Below are positions 39,851 through 48,870 of a stretch of 64,000 nucleotides of DNA, in pieces (the stretch's first letter is position 1; each line of letters opens with the position of its first letter). The DNA comes from Planctomycetota bacterium. Lineage in GTDB: Bacteria > Planctomycetota > MHYJ01 > WSZJ01. The notes below the pieces were generated by a model. That model was not told the DNA's origin. It did not search any database and saw only the letters and a list, made by a program, of their open reading frames with translations. Location: positions 37,160-101,159 of the forward strand of contig JBBTCT010000029.1 in NCBI GenBank assembly GCA_038060895.1, in the 5' to 3' direction. A program made the position numbers and the translations under genes.

Positions 39851-42386
39851 GTCCCTTCGGGTCCGACCCCTGGACCAGGTCCTGGACGCGCACCTTCAGG
39901 TCGTCGAGGTCGAACGGCTTCGTCACGCACGGCGTCCGGAATTCCTCCAGGAATCCGCGGCCTTCGTCCCCGTGGGTGTCTCCGGTGATGACCATGAACT
40001 TCCGGGCGAGCGCGGGGCGATGGGCTCGCAGCCAGAGGAAGACTTCGCGGCCGGAGAGATCGCGCAGGCGGAGGTCGCACAGGATGGCGTCGAACTCGCG
40101 CTCCGCGAGGACCTCCAGGGCGCGGCGTCCGCTTTCGCAGACCTCGACGTCGTTGTCTTCGCGGAGTGCGTGGTTCACCAGGACGCGGATGGATTCCTCG
40201 TCATCGACGACCAGGACACGGGGCCGCGCGGCAGCGGGCGGAGGAAGGTGCACGGGCGGCGGCGGCGTGCCGCGGGAGGGGGCGGCCACCGGCTCGGTTA
40301 CGGGGAGCGAAATCGTGAAGCGCGCGCCGCCGCCGGGACGGTTTTCGGCGGCAATGAAACCACCGTGGGCGCGGACGCAGGACGTCGCGACAGACAGGCC
40401 CAGGCCCGTGCCGGATCCGGGAGGCTTGGTGGTGAAAAACGGGTCGAAGATGCGCCGCAGATTCTCAGGCGGGATTCCCGGCCCTTCGTCCTCGAGGACG
40501 AACTCCGTCCTCGGTCCCGGCTCGCCGCGCGGGCGAGGCGGATCGCTGCCGCCCCCGGGTCGCGGCGCGCCCTCCGGAACGAGCCGCGACCGGATCGTCA
40601 GGCGCTTCGGCCGGCCGGCATCGCGCCCCGGCGCCGAGGCCATCGCCTGGATGGCGTTGTCGGCGACGTTGAAGAACGCGCGCTGCATGAGCGAAGCGTT
40701 TGCCGGGAGGAGCGGCAGGCCCTGGGCCAGGTCCCAGGCCACTTCGATCCCGCCTGCGGCACGGGCGGCATCGAGCTGTAGAACGGCTTCCCGCGCCACG
40801 GCATTGAGGTCGGTGGGCTGGCGCGCGCCCGCGAGTTCGTGCGTGGAGTCGAGGAGGGAGCCGACGACTTCGCGTGCGGCGCGTGCGGCCCGTTCGACGC
40901 GCTCGACCTGGGCGCGCTGTTCGGGAGTGAGAGGCCCGCGGCCGAGCACCTGTGCGAATCCGAGGATCGGGGCAAGGAGATTGTTGAGTTCGTGGCAGAT
41001 CCCGCTCGCCATTCCGCCGAGCGCGGCGAGCTTTTGCGTTTCCGCCATTGAGCGCTGCGATTCTTCGCGGTCCCGGACCATCTGCCGGAGCGTGTCGGTC
41101 AGCGCGCCGATTTCGCCGGGACCGCCGGGACCGATCACGGTTTCAGGGTGGCCCGCGCCGATGGCGCGCGCGGCGGCGGAGAGGCTGAGAAGCGGGCGCG
41201 TCACCACGCGGGTGAGGAAGAGCCCGAAGAGGACGCAGGAGAGGAGGAGGAAGCCGACGAAGCTCAACAAGGTGAGCAGGTAACGGCGGTGAAGGGCCTG
41301 CTGAGTGGCGCGCATCGCCTGGGCGGGCGCAAGGAAGGAAGCCGGGTCGGCGACGGCGCCCAGGACCCAGCCGGTCGAATCCAGTCTGCGGTGCGCGAGC
41401 ACCCGGCTGTGGCCGCCGATGAGGAGTTGTGTCAGTCCCTCGGACCGGCCGGACATTCCCAGGCAGGCGCGCCGAAGTTCCGGGTCGGCGATGCCCTCGA
41501 CTTTCCAGTCCATCGCCATTTCGAGCGTATTCGCGGGCGCGCTTACGCCGAAGTCACGATATCCCTCGGGAGTGAGGAGGAGCACGCCGCCGCGCCCATC
41601 GAGGAGGAAGGCATAGTTCCAGGCGCCGCCGGCAGAAGTGATTTCAGAGCGGAAGTCGCGCGTGTTGATGTCGATCCCGATGATTCCCTGGAATTCCGCT
41701 CCCCGGCCGATCGGCGCGAGGCACGAGATCATCACGCCCTGTCCCACCGGGTCGTTGTACACCTCGGTCCAGACGACTCCCCCCCGGGGGTTGTTCTCCG
41801 GCGTCGCCGGTTCGTAGAAGATCCCGCTTCGCGGGTCCCACGTGTCCTCCATCGCCGTGACCGGCGAAGGAGGCACCAGGACGGCCAACCCGGTCTTGTG
41901 AATCACATACCACTGGGTCATCCCTTCGCCCCGCGGTTCGGCCAGCAGCACGGACTCGACGTGAGACAGTACGGCGATGTCGCCACGCGCCTGGCCGGGG
42001 TCGAGGGAGCGGGGGATCCAGACGCCTGACCGGTCGCCGGGCGCGGTCACCCATCCGCTGACGCTCTCTTTGACACGCTCCGATCCCCACCGGCTCGAGT
42101 GTTCGAAAGTGTCGCGGGAACGGAAGAGCGACTCCGTCTGGGAAGCCATTGCCTGCGCGCGTCGCTCGATGGCGCCCAGCGTGCGGCCCTGGAGGCGCGA
42201 GAGTTCCCTGAGCGAAGCGAGCATTTCGGCTTCCGAGCGCGCCGTGAGGGTCTTCTCGAATTCCGCGAGCGACCGGTCCGCGAGCTGCCGGGACCCTGCC
42301 ACGCTGACTCCGGAGAGGACCGCGATCGGCGCGAGGACGAGCGCGACGAAGAAGGCGATGAACCGCGCGCGGAGGCTCTGGAGCAT
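39825..42386 (-). CDS. Hybrid sensor histidine kinase (Cache-HAMP-HisKA-HATPase-REC)
   Basis: WTEVYNDP (Cache), HAMP, CHELNN, NAIQA, DEGPGI, FDPFFTTK..GTGLGL, LVVDDE, KPF. Confidence 0.93.
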   Translation of the reverse strand: MLQSLRARFIAFFVALVLAPIAVLSGVSVAGSRQLADRSLAEFEKTLTARSEAEMLASLRELSRLQGRTLGAIERRAQAMASQTESLFRSRDTFEHSSRWGSERVKESVSGWVTAPGDRSGVWIPRSLDPGQARGDIAVLSHVESVLLAEPRGEGMTQWYVIHKTGLAVLVPPSPVTAMEDTWDPRSGIFYEPATPENNPRGGVVWTEVYNDPVGQGVMISCLAPIGRGAEFQGIIGIDINTRDFRSEITSAGGAWNYAFLLDGRGGVLLLTPEGYRDFGVSAPANTLEMAMDWKVEGIADPELRRACLGMSGRSEGLTQLLIGGHSRVLAHRRLDSTGWVLGAVADPASFLAPAQAMRATQQALHRRYLLTLLSFVGFLLLSCVLFGLFLTRVVTRPLLSLSAAARAIGAGHPETVIGPGGPGEIGALTDTLRQMVRDREESQRSMAETQKLAALGGMASGICHELNNLLAPILGFAQVLGRGPLTPEQRAQVERVERAARAAREVVGSLLDSTHELAGARQPTDLNAVAREAVLQLDAARAAGGIEVAWDLAQGLPLLPANASLMQRAFFNVADNAIQAMASAPGRDAGRPKRLTIRSRLVPEGAPRPGGGSDPPRPRGEPGPRTEFVLEDEGPGIPPENLRRIFDPFFTTKPPGSGTGLGLSVATSCVRAHGGFIAAENRPGGGARFTISLPVTEPVAAPSRGTPPPPVHLPPPAAARPRVLVVDDEESIRVLVNHALREDNDVEVCESGRRALEVLAEREFDAILCDLRLRDLSGREVFLWLRAHRPALARKFMVITGDTHGDEGRGFLEEFRTPCVTKPFDLDDLKVRVQDLVQGSDPKGPTSSPTHP

Positions 42387-42424
42387 GGGGGGCGCGGTTG
42401 AGTATAGCGGAGCCGGATGCGAAG

Positions 42425-42526
42425 GCTGGCGGAGGCTGGCGGAGGCTATGCGACTTGCGATGTTTTAGGTCTGAATCTAGGGCGGTCTTCGAGGGAGGTC
42501 GTTAGCCTTCGCCAGCCTCCGCCAGC
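42425..42526. repeat. Inverted-repeat cassette of decamer units (GCTGGCGGAG)
   Basis: 24-nt arms 42425-42448 and 42503-42526, 1 mismatch. Confidence 0.8.
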
Positions 42527-42538
42527 GGCCGTTCCCGG

Positions 42539-43660
42539 CTACGTCCCCTTCTTGAACCCGCCCGGGCTGCGCGCGTGGCTGGTGGCCACGTCCCACGTGA
42601 TGATGCCGCGGCTGTAGAGCTCCTGGAGGGAAGAGTCCATCGGCTTCATGCCTTCGCGCCCCGAAGTCTGCATGACGGAGCCGAGCATGTGGGGGTTGCC
42701 TTCCCGGATGAGGTTGCGGACTGCGTTGTTGGCGATGAGGACTTCGTTGGCGAGGACGCGGCCCTTGCGGTCGGCGCGCGGGAGAAGGAGCTGGCCGACG
42801 ATTCCCTGAAGCGAGCCTGCGAGCTGGGCGAGGATCAGGTTTTGTTTTTCGGCGGGAAAAACGGAGACGACGCGTTCAACAGTGTGGTCTGCCCACGGCG
42901 TGTGGAGCGTCGCGATGACGAGGTGGCCGGTTTCGGCGGCCTGAAGCGCGGTCTCGATGGTCTCGAGGTCGCGCATTTCACCGATGACGATGACGTTCGG
43001 ATCCTGTCGCAGCACGTGGCGGAGCGCGCGCGGGTAGGACACGACGTCGGTGTGGACTTCCTGCTGGACGACGACCGCCTTCTGCGGCGAGTGCACGTAC
43101 TCGACGGGGTCTTCGATCGTCACGACCTTCACGCGCTGCTCGCGGTTGATCAACCCGACCATGTAGTTCAGCGTCGTGGTCTTTCCGGCGCCGGTCGGGC
43201 CCGTGATCAGCACGAGCCCCGAAGCGCGCCGGGTCATTTCGTCCACCACCGGCGGAAGCCCGAGCTGCGCCGACGTCGGGATTTCCAGGTGAGCCAGCCG
43301 GATCGCCGCTTCCGCGCACCCCGCATGCCGGTACACCGAAACGCGCATGCGTCCGATCCCGTCCCTGTGGGCCGAAACGCACAGCTCCCACTCGCTGTCG
43401 TAGGCCGCCCACTGCCGCTCGTTCACGATCTCCCTGACCAGCCGCTCGGCGTCGGCCGCCGTGAGCGCATCCGCGTTCATCGGCAGGATCTCGCCGTTGA
43501 CCCGGAAAGTCGGCGGCAGGCCTGCGATGAGGTGCACGTCAGAAGCGCCAGCTTTGCGCGCGGCCTGGAGGATGCGGTCGATGGTCATGGAGGCGGCATC
43601 TTGCCCTATGCGGGAAGAGGCATCCACGGCGAACTGGTTGGAAGTGGGGGAGAGCTTCAT
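42539..43660 (-). CDS. pilT: PilT/PilU-family type IV pilus ATPase
   Basis: ASDVHL, GPTGAGKTTT, TIEDPVEY, LRQDPNVIVIGEMRD, AAETGHLVIATLHT; alternative start 43588. Confidence 0.9.
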   Translation of the reverse strand: MKLSPTSNQFAVDASSRIGQDAASMTIDRILQAARKAGASDVHLIAGLPPTFRVNGEILPMNADALTAADAERLVREIVNERQWAAYDSEWELCVSAHRDGIGRMRVSVYRHAGCAEAAIRLAHLEIPTSAQLGLPPVVDEMTRRASGLVLITGPTGAGKTTTLNYMVGLINREQRVKVVTIEDPVEYVHSPQKAVVVQQEVHTDVVSYPRALRHVLRQDPNVIVIGEMRDLETIETALQAAETGHLVIATLHTPWADHTVERVVSVFPAEKQNLILAQLAGSLQGIVGQLLLPRADRKGRVLANEVLIANNAVRNLIREGNPHMLGSVMQTSGREGMKPMDSSLQELYSRGIITWDVATSHARSPGGFKKGT

Positions 43661-43682
43661 GGAAAGTCCTTGTCTTGGGTTG

Positions 43683-43874
43683 TGAGTTCCGGAAGTGGAG
43701 TTCCGGGATCCGGGTTCCGAGTTCCGTGTGGGGTTTCGAGTTCTTCGTCGGCCGTTGAGCCCGACTCCGAACTCGACCCAAAACCCCTCACTCACTCAAC
43801 AACCCGAAACTCCAGACCCGCAACCCCACTCGGAACCCGGAACCCGGATCTCGGAACTCCACTTCCGGAACTCA
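43683..43874. repeat. Heptamer-family inverted-repeat element
   Basis: 53-nt arms 43683-43735 and 43822-43874, 3 mismatches. Confidence 0.9.
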
Positions 43875-43912
43875 GAACAAACAACACCCCGACAACCCGT
43901 CGTTCTTTGCTG

Positions 43913-44692
43913 CTACGTTGCACGGAACACTTTCTTCAACGCTCCTAGAATCCGTGCAGCCCATCCCGGCTCCTGCACATTCCCGGGATTCGCGCCTTCC
44001 CGCGAAGGGTCGATGTCCTTCGCATTCCGGTACGCCTGCCTCGCCCGCTCGCTCATCCCGAGTTTTTCCAGCCCGCGCCCCAGTTCGACCCAGGCGAACG
44101 CGCTCTGCTTGTTCCGGTCCACCGCGGTCTCCAGGTGCCTCACCGCCGGCGCCCACTTTCCGTAATGAAGGTACACGCGACCGACCGCCAGCGGCTCCCA
44201 CGCGTCCTGGGCCCCGGCGGCCGAAAGCGCCTTGGAAAAACAGAACTCCTCGTTCCGGTCGCCGCGCGCGAGCAGCACGTCTCCCCGCGCACGCCACCGG
44301 TACGGCGTTTCGCCCTTCTGTTCCAGCGCAGCGTCCGAAAGCGCCGACGCCTTGTCGAGGTCGCCGAGCCGCCCGCACGCGACGCCCTTCGCGGCGAGCA
44401 GCTCGCCGTGATCCCGGAACTGCTCCAGTCCCTTGTCCGACCACACCCGCGCCTCGTTCGCCTCGTCCAGCTCGATCAGCGCCTGCACCTGCCCCAGCCA
44501 GGCCTCCGCCAGCCGCGCTTCGAATTCCAGAGAGCGCGAGTAGTACTTGAGCGCGTTCTCGAACTTGCCGTCGCGAAACGCGTCCTTTGCCATCGCGATG
44601 TAGTACTTCTCGTCGCGCACCGCTTCCTGCGGCCGCGGCTCCTCGCGGCGCTCTTCGTTTCCTTCGAACTCGAGATTGGAGAAGCGGCCCAT
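43913..44692 (-). CDS. TPR-repeat protein
   Basis: MGRFSNLEF start; multiple TPR helices (ALKYYSRSL, AWLGQV, AWVELG). Confidence 0.88.
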   Translation of the reverse strand: MGRFSNLEFEGNEERREEPRPQEAVRDEKYYIAMAKDAFRDGKFENALKYYSRSLEFEARLAEAWLGQVQALIELDEANEARVWSDKGLEQFRDHGELLAAKGVACGRLGDLDKASALSDAALEQKGETPYRWRARGDVLLARGDRNEEFCFSKALSAAGAQDAWEPLAVGRVYLHYGKWAPAVRHLETAVDRNKQSAFAWVELGRGLEKLGMSERARQAYRNAKDIDPSREGANPGNVQEPGWAARILGALKKVFRAT

Positions 44693-44699
44693 GGGGTGA

Positions 44700-45653
44700 T
44701 TATGGCTGTTCGAAGGGCCCGCGGCGGCCGAAAGGCGCGGAGATGCGCCAGGCGGTGCCGACGAGGCGGTCGAGGGGGTGGAGGCCGAGCGCGGCGCCGG
44801 GGGTCGCGGCGCCGTAGACGCGCAGGTTGACAGAGGGCCAGACGAAGACGTGGCCGGGTGGGACGACGGTGGAAATGAGGTCGGGAAGCGGTCCCGCCGC
44901 GAGCGGGCGCGCTTCCGGTTCGAGCACGGTGCCGTTCCGCCGCCATTCGCCTTTTGAGTAATCGATGCGATCTCCCGGAAGCCCGATGACACGGTCGAGC
45001 ACGATTCCGTCGGAGTTGGCGCCCATTCGAAGTGCCACGACGGAGCCGACGGCGGGGAGAGTGCCGGCGTCGGCGACGCGGACGAGCACGCGATCGCCGG
45101 TGCGCAGCACGGGAGGCGCTTCGGCATTGAGGACATCGACGGGAAGGTAGAAGCGTTGAAAGAAGCGCTGGGCGGGGAAATAGACCCCTGCGGCGAGGAA
45201 GGCGTAGGCCGCGAGCGAGACGAACGCGGCTTCGCGGCGGCCGAGTTTTGCGATGGCGGGGCGCCACGGCAGGATGGCGGAGAAGTAGTGGATGCCGATG
45301 GAAGCTCCGATGGCGAGGGTGCCGAGGGGGTGGCCGAAGAGCCAGATGCCGGTGGCGGCCAGGACCGCCCAGGAGGCGGCGAGAGCGAGGGCCAGGGAGT
45401 GGCGCGCCTGCGCGGTCTGCGGGAGGCCGGGAAGGAGTGCGAGCAGCAGGAACGCCGTGTTGGGCCGCACGCTGTCCAGCGCCACGCCGGTTCCGAGGAT
45501 CGCCATGCGCGCCTGCCGCATCCGCTTCTGCATCGCCGTTGCGCGCGGCGGCGCCGTGGCGACGGCGACGCCGCCGCCGGAGAGCGAGACGCCGCAGGCG
45601 ACGCAGGAGGCGGAGCCGGGGACATTGAAGAAGCCGCAGCCGGGGCATGACAT
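44700..45653 (-). CDS. Zinc-ribbon + TM + degenerate S26 (signal peptidase I-like) domain protein
   Basis: CPGC..CVAC, about 4 TM segments, LRTGDRVLV, DRVIGLPGD, VPPGHVFV. Confidence 0.78.
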   Translation of the reverse strand: MSCPGCGFFNVPGSASCVACGVSLSGGGVAVATAPPRATAMQKRMRQARMAILGTGVALDSVRPNTAFLLLALLPGLPQTAQARHSLALALAASWAVLAATGIWLFGHPLGTLAIGASIGIHYFSAILPWRPAIAKLGRREAAFVSLAAYAFLAAGVYFPAQRFFQRFYLPVDVLNAEAPPVLRTGDRVLVRVADAGTLPAVGSVVALRMGANSDGIVLDRVIGLPGDRIDYSKGEWRRNGTVLEPEARPLAAGPLPDLISTVVPPGHVFVWPSVNLRVYGAATPGAALGLHPLDRLVGTAWRISAPFGRRGPFEQP

Positions 45654-45660
45654 GAGGGGA

Positions 45661-45867
45661 TCAGCTCCGCGCGCGGCCGGTTGCGTCGATGCGCACGGCG
45701 ATGTCGGGCTCGTAGTGCTCGGAGGTCAGGGTGACGTCCGCGGTCCGCCCGACGGCGGCCGCGAGCCAGTTTGTGAAGTCGACGCAGTGCCGCCCTTTGA
45801 CGCCTTTCATGTGCACGACGACTTTTCCGTCCTTCTCGACGGTGATTTCGAGTTCCTCGGGAGTCAT
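45661..45867 (-). CDS. DUF2997-like small protein
   Basis: ELEITVEKDGKV..KGVKGRHC..T...TSEHY; ATGA overlap with upstream gene. Confidence 0.85.
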   Translation of the reverse strand: MTPEELEITVEKDGKVVVHMKGVKGRHCVDFTNWLAAAVGRTADVTLTSEHYEPDIAVRIDATGRARS

Positions 45868-46313
45868 GCGTACCTCCGCACCTGGACATGGATCGTCCGG
45901 TCGGTCCCGACATCCTGCGACACCACGGCGAAGTTCCGCTTCGCGAGTTCCTGCATGACCTGGTTGTAGGCGTACTGCTGCACGACGCGCCCGGCGAAAT
46001 CGCGGCCGATCGCCTCGAGTTCCGCGCGCGTCCGGCCGGCGCCGCTCACGTCCACCGCGCACGCGCCGCGGGCGTCGCGCGAAAACGTCAGGCTGACGCC
46101 GTCCTTCGTGAACGACAGCCGTTCGTCGCGGCCGAGCGCTCCGGAAACGCAGGCGCTTCCCTCGACCTCGATCCCGACTTTTTCCGCGTGGGCCGCTTCT
46201 TCCTTCTTCGCCGCCGCCGCGAATCCGAGGGCCGCCGCCGCGCCCAGGATGCTCGCGCTCACCACCGGCCACGCCGTCGCGATCACCGGCGCCAGCACCA
46301 CCACCGCGCCCAT
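45864..46313 (-). CDS. DUF1257 (Ycf35)-like protein
   Basis: C-terminal QQYAYNQV..F.VV.Q....TIHVQVRR; hydrophobic N-terminus. Confidence 0.78.
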   Translation of the reverse strand: MGAVVVLAPVIATAWPVVSASILGAAAALGFAAAAKKEEAAHAEKVGIEVEGSACVSGALGRDERLSFTKDGVSLTFSRDARGACAVDVSGAGRTRAELEAIGRDFAGRVVQQYAYNQVMQELAKRNFAVVSQDVGTDRTIHVQVRRYA

Positions 46314-46316
46314 GGG

Positions 46317-46718
46317 CTATCTCCCGAAAAGTTTGCGCTTCATGCTGCGAAGCCACAGCGCGGCGAAGACGAGGAACACAACGCCGAGAATCGCCGCGGC
46401 CGCGGTGTAGTAATCGTCCCAGTTGGCCGGGATGGAGTGCCCGACCAGGCCCATAAGGGAGAACACGGCGCACACGACGGGGCAGACGCTCACGGCGAGG
46501 AAGAAGATGGTGTGGCCGACGATACGGGTGCGGAGCGCGCGGTCGCGCCAGGAGTAGCGGAGGGCGATCCACCAGGCCTTGAGGGAAGCGATGCGGGCGC
46601 GCTTGTCCTCGCCGTGGCGCCGCATGGCGGCGCGGGAGAACGGGTCGGGCTTCTCCTCGTAGGAGAGGACCTTGGTCAGGCCCGACTTGTGGTCCTTGAC
46701 GACTTCGTAGACACGCAT
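46317..46718 (-). CDS. Hypothetical two-TM membrane protein
   Basis: SD GGAGG before ATG 46718; two hydrophobic segments; 3-nt gap to the next gene. Confidence 0.7.
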   Translation of the reverse strand: MRVYEVVKDHKSGLTKVLSYEEKPDPFSRAAMRRHGEDKRARIASLKAWWIALRYSWRDRALRTRIVGHTIFFLAVSVCPVVCAVFSLMGLVGHSIPANWDDYYTAAAAILGVVFLVFAALWLRSMKRKLFGR

Positions 46719-46784
46719 TGCGTTTCCGCCTCCGGGAGTGAGATGCCACTGGAACCGCACGCCTCACGAGGAAGTTGGGAGTTC

Positions 46785-47005
46785 TGGGTTCCGGAAGTTG
46801 AGTTCCGGGTTCCGGGTTCCGCGTTCCGGGTGGGGTTTGGAGTCTCTGGTTCCGCGTTGTTAAGTGAGTTGCACCGGTTGGACAACGGGAAACCAACCCC
46901 GAACCAACCCTGAACCAGCAACTGACTCAACAACTCGCAACGCGGAACCCCGAACCCCACCCGGAACTCGGAACGCGGAACCCGGAACTCAACTTCCGGA
47001 ACCCA
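46785..47005. repeat. Heptamer-family inverted-repeat element inside operon
   Basis: 53-nt arms 46785-46837 and 46953-47005, 2 mismatches. Confidence 0.9.
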
Positions 47006-47016
47006 AAACCCCGAAC

Positions 47017-48573
47017 TCAAAACTCCAACCGCCGTTTTCCTCCATCCCCTTCTTCGCGCCGGACTCCCGCCGGCCTCGCCCGCCCGTCCGCCCACGCCCG
47101 CAGCTTCGCGAGCCCCTCTTCCATCATCCTGGACAGAGGTACCGTCGCCGCCAGTTCCTTCACGACGTCTCCCGTCTCGAGCTCGCGGCCCGCGCTGAAC
47201 GCGTCGAACATGCCGGCGACGATCGCCTGCTCGATCTCGGCGCCGCTGAAGCCCTTGGAGGACGCGCACAGGGACGCGATGTCGAAGCGCCTCTCCGCGC
47301 GCCCGCGGCGGGTGATGTGGATTTTGAAGATCTCCTTCCGCTCTTCGTCCGTCGGCAGGTCCACGAAAAAGATCTCGTCGAAGCGTCCCTTGCGCAGAAG
47401 CTCGGGCGGGAGCTGCGAGATGTCGTTGGCGGTCGCGATCACGAACACCGGCGCCGTTTTTTCGCTCAGCCAGGTCAGCAGCGTCCCGAACACGCGCGCC
47501 GTCGTCCCGCCGTCGGTGGACGCCGAGCCGCCGCTTCCCGCCAGCGCCTTGTCGATTTCGTCCACCCAGAGGACGGCGGGGGCGACGGATTCGGCGATGC
47601 GGATGGCGCGGCGCATGTTTTCCTCGCTCGACCCGACGAAGCTGCCGAACATTTTGCCGACGTCGAGGCGCAGGAGCGGCAGCTTCCAGAGGGCGGATAC
47701 GGCCTTGGCGCACAGGCTCTTGCCGCATCCCTGGACGCCGAGGAGCAGCACGCCGCGCGGCGGAGGGAGGCCGAAGTCGCGCGCCTTGTCGGAGAGCGCG
47801 GCCTGCCGTTTCTTGAGCCACTCCTTGAGATTCTCCATCCCGCCGACGTGGCCGAATTCCTCCTGCGATTCGTAGTACTCGAGCAGCCCCGACTTGCGCA
47901 GCACCTGTCGTTTTTCGGCGAACACCTGGGTCACGTCGCCCGCGTCGAGGCGCCCGTCCTGCACGATGATCTTCGCGAACACGTTCTCCGCCTCGGTCAG
48001 GGTCAGGCCGAGGGCGGCTTTGAGAAGAGCCTCGCGGTCGGGCGGCGGGAGGTTGATCGCGACTTTCTGGGCTTCGTTGACCTCGGTGACGATGCGGTCG
48101 AGGAGGGCGGACAGGTCCGTCATCGCGGGGAGCGGGACGTCCACGACGGTGATTTCCTTCTCGAGTTCGGGCGGAATTTCGAGGACGGGCGAAACGATGA
48201 TGACGGTCTTGAAAGAATTGCGCAGGTGGATCGCGATTTCCTTGAGGCGGCGGATCACGGCGAAGTTGTTCTTCTGGAGGAAGGGATGGAAGTCATGGAG
48301 CACGTACAGCGAGGGTTCCATCTGCTCGATGATGTGGTCGAGGGCGACGAGTGGGTCGCGCGTGGCAGGCGAACGGCCCTTTTCGGACTGGACCGGGGTG
48401 CCGGCGGGGGAGATGCCCGCGGTTACCGACCACTCGAAGAGCTTCTTGTTTCGCTTCTTCGCGATTTCCATCATGAGGTCGCGGACCCGGGTTTCCTCCC
48501 ACGAGACGAGGTAGAGAATCGGGTAGCGCGCGCGGATGAGGAGTTCGATCTGGTCGCGGGTGGATTGCGGCAA
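47017..48573 (-). CDS. Ycf46-like AAA+ ATPase
   Basis: LIRARYP..WEETR, VGGMENLKEWL, GVQGCGKS, LWVDEIDK, LRKGRFDEIFFVDLP. Confidence 0.94.
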   Translation of the reverse strand: MPQSTRDQIELLIRARYPILYLVSWEETRVRDLMMEIAKKRNKKLFEWSVTAGISPAGTPVQSEKGRSPATRDPLVALDHIIEQMEPSLYVLHDFHPFLQKNNFAVIRRLKEIAIHLRNSFKTVIIVSPVLEIPPELEKEITVVDVPLPAMTDLSALLDRIVTEVNEAQKVAINLPPPDREALLKAALGLTLTEAENVFAKIIVQDGRLDAGDVTQVFAEKRQVLRKSGLLEYYESQEEFGHVGGMENLKEWLKKRQAALSDKARDFGLPPPRGVLLLGVQGCGKSLCAKAVSALWKLPLLRLDVGKMFGSFVGSSEENMRRAIRIAESVAPAVLWVDEIDKALAGSGGSASTDGGTTARVFGTLLTWLSEKTAPVFVIATANDISQLPPELLRKGRFDEIFFVDLPTDEERKEIFKIHITRRGRAERRFDIASLCASSKGFSGAEIEQAIVAGMFDAFSAGRELETGDVVKELAATVPLSRMMEEGLAKLRAWADGRARPAGVRREEGDGGKRRLEF

Positions 48574-48576
48574 GGG

Positions 48577-48870
48577 TCAGGCCTCCTGGGTGTGTGGGCG
48601 GAGGGTAGCTTGGGCGGAAGGCAAAGGCTTAGCCACAGAGGACACAGAGGGCACAGAGAACGACCTTGGCGCATTATTTTTGTGTGCCGTTCTCTGTGTC
48701 CTCTGTGCCCTCTGTGGCTTCAGTCGTTTTTGTCCGACTTCAATCCTCACCGTCTCAGACGACGGTGTCCCCCATCCGAGTGAGCCAAGTGCCTCCATCA
48801 CGTCCACAGAGGCATTCTCGATGAAGACCCTTCCTCTCGCATCGACGTGAATCCGGATCTCCCCGCTCAT
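48577..48870 (-). CDS. Small hypothetical protein; 3' part reads through an inverted repeat
   Basis: ATGA overlap with the radical SAM stop; MSGEIRIHVDARGRVFIENAS..; stop 3 nt before the AAA start. Confidence 0.65.
   Translation of the reverse strand: MSGEIRIHVDARGRVFIENASVDVMEALGSLGWGTPSSETVRIEVGQKRLKPQRAQRTQRTAHKNNAPRSFSVPSVSSVAKPLPSAQATLRPHTQEA
48631..48719. repeat. Inverted-repeat cassette of nonamer units (CACAGAGGA/G)
   Basis: AGCCACAGAGGACACAGAGGGCACAGAGAA vs TTCTCTGTGTCCTCTGTGCCCTCTGTGGCT. Confidence 0.85.

Noticed and set aside
35607-47005. CRISPR array
   Set aside because: The repeats are inverted arms of tandem heptamers without regular unique spacers; no cas genes.
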